Positions 43,945 to 44,471 of a stretch of DNA of 44,471 bases are shown piece after piece. Positions within the stretch are counted from its first letter, which is position 1, and every line of letters begins with the position of its first letter. The notes beneath the pieces were generated by a model that searched no databases, was not told where the DNA came from, and saw only the letters and a program-made list of their open reading frames with translations. This DNA is from Chromatiales bacterium (GTDB lineage Bacteria > Pseudomonadota > Gammaproteobacteria > SZUA-140): assembly GCA_011053135.1 (NCBI GenBank), contig DRLG01000303.1, positions 1-44,471 on the forward strand. Reading direction: 5' to 3'. A program made the translations under genes and the position numbers.

Positions 43945-44343
43945 TTACCCCTCATCTTCGATCCTATCGATAATAGGACAACCCTCTTCACTAGCCGTGC
44001 AGAGATTAACCAGCAAAGTCAGTTCTCGACGTAAAGTATCCAGCTCTGTTAAGCGCTGTTCCACCTCCTCTAATTTATTCGCCGTCAACTGGCGTATCTC
44101 GCGGCGGGCGCGTTGCGGGGCTTCACGCATTTTTAGCAGATCACCAATCTCGGTCAGGGTGAAGTTCATCTGTTGGGCACGTTTGATGAATTTTAGCCGC
44201 GAGATGTCTTTCTCTTGATAGCGCCGCATACCCGAGTCGCTTCGACTCACTTTTGGTAACAGGCCGATCTTTTCGTAATAACGCAACGTATCAACACTCA
44301 CCGCCAACTGGCGGGCCACTTCACCAATGGTGCTATCGTTCAT
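43945..44343 (-). CDS. cueR: MerR-family Cu(I)/Ag(I)-responsive regulator, CueR-like
   Basis: HTH segment IGEVARQLAVSVDTLRYYEKIGLL. C-terminus NLCTASEEGCPIIDRI parallels E. coli CueR ACPGDDSADCPIIENL (two-Cys metal loop followed by PII). The track start at 44361 is TTG; the ATG at 44343 (MNDSTIGEV) is more likely. Confidence 0.8.
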   Translation of the reverse strand: MNDSTIGEVARQLAVSVDTLRYYEKIGLLPKVSRSDSGMRRYQEKDISRLKFIKRAQQMNFTLTEIGDLLKMREAPQRARREIRQLTANKLEEVEQRLTELDTLRRELTLLVNLCTASEEGCPIIDRIEDEG

Positions 44344-44471
44344 CGCTGCATCTCCCTGCAAGGCAATTTTTTATCGCGCTGCGAAGTTGTGACGCTGATG
44401 GCAAGGTGGTAAAGAGCAGTTTGCCACCAATGGCGATAGCCGGCGTGGTCAGTACACCGAAGGCGACGGTG
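44333..44471 (-). CDS. 3' end of a truncated ORF, possibly a thioredoxin-fold (Thioredoxin_3-like) protein
   Basis: Hand translation of the minus strand from the window edge gives TVAFGVLTTPAIAIGGKLLFTTLPSASQLRSAIKNCLAGRCSDER, then TAG at 44333-44335. TTPAIAIGGKLLF...PS..QL resembles the C-terminus of small redox-active disulfide proteins (..lPalavdGe......ps.eei). Only 45 codons are visible. Confidence 0.35.
   Translation of the reverse strand, partial: TVAFGVLTTPAIAIGGKLLFTTLPSASQLRSAIKNCLAGRCSDER

Noticed and set aside
1-44471. CRISPR arrays, IS elements or transposases, rRNA, and known defence-system signatures
   Set aside because: No spacer-repeat periodicity, no transposase-like ORFs with terminal inverted repeats, and no rRNA-like sequence were seen anywhere in the window.

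Overview
All homology calls here come from motif recognition by eye on the supplied translations and DNA; no searches were run. The window reads as three blocks.
(1) 33-119 (+) is a tRNA-Leu(CAG), followed by about 780 bp without a credible ORF.
(2) 904-37349 (all minus strand) is a 36.4-kb, 22-gene, tightly packed operon. It encodes a complete phage-tail-like contractile injection system of the eCIS/CIS (Afp/PVC-like) kind. In transcription order the parts are: DUF4255 tail terminator, an unknown 259-aa protein, sheath, gp19-type tube, a second divergent sheath paralog, a second tube, an FNP-motif tube initiator, a 55-aa ORF missing from the ORF track, a gpD-like hub, a gpV/gp5 spike, a 556-aa C-terminally membrane-anchored unknown, gp25, Baseplate_J, a gpI/Afp12-type wedge, three paralogous unknowns (295/564/1179 aa), a tape-measure candidate and a double-AAA ATPase. 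Cargo follows: a 317-aa unknown, a 3199-aa multidomain toxin candidate and a translationally coupled 95-aa Cys-rich ORF. There is no capsid, portal, terminase, integrase, lysis cassette, PAAR, LysM or recognisable tail fibre. The system is therefore tail-only with a non-canonical parts list, and it is the main candidate for something undescribed.
(3) 38219-44471 (minus strand) is a copper/silver resistance block: partial thioredoxin-like ORF, CueR-like MerR regulator, a Cys/Met-rich small secreted protein, then cusB, cusA and cusF, with no outer-membrane factor gene.
DNA-level oddities: a perfect 41-bp tandem duplication across the start of the 295-aa gene; two copies of a double-hairpin repeat bracketing cusF; and an 11-bp inverted repeat able to sequester the cusB Shine-Dalgarno.
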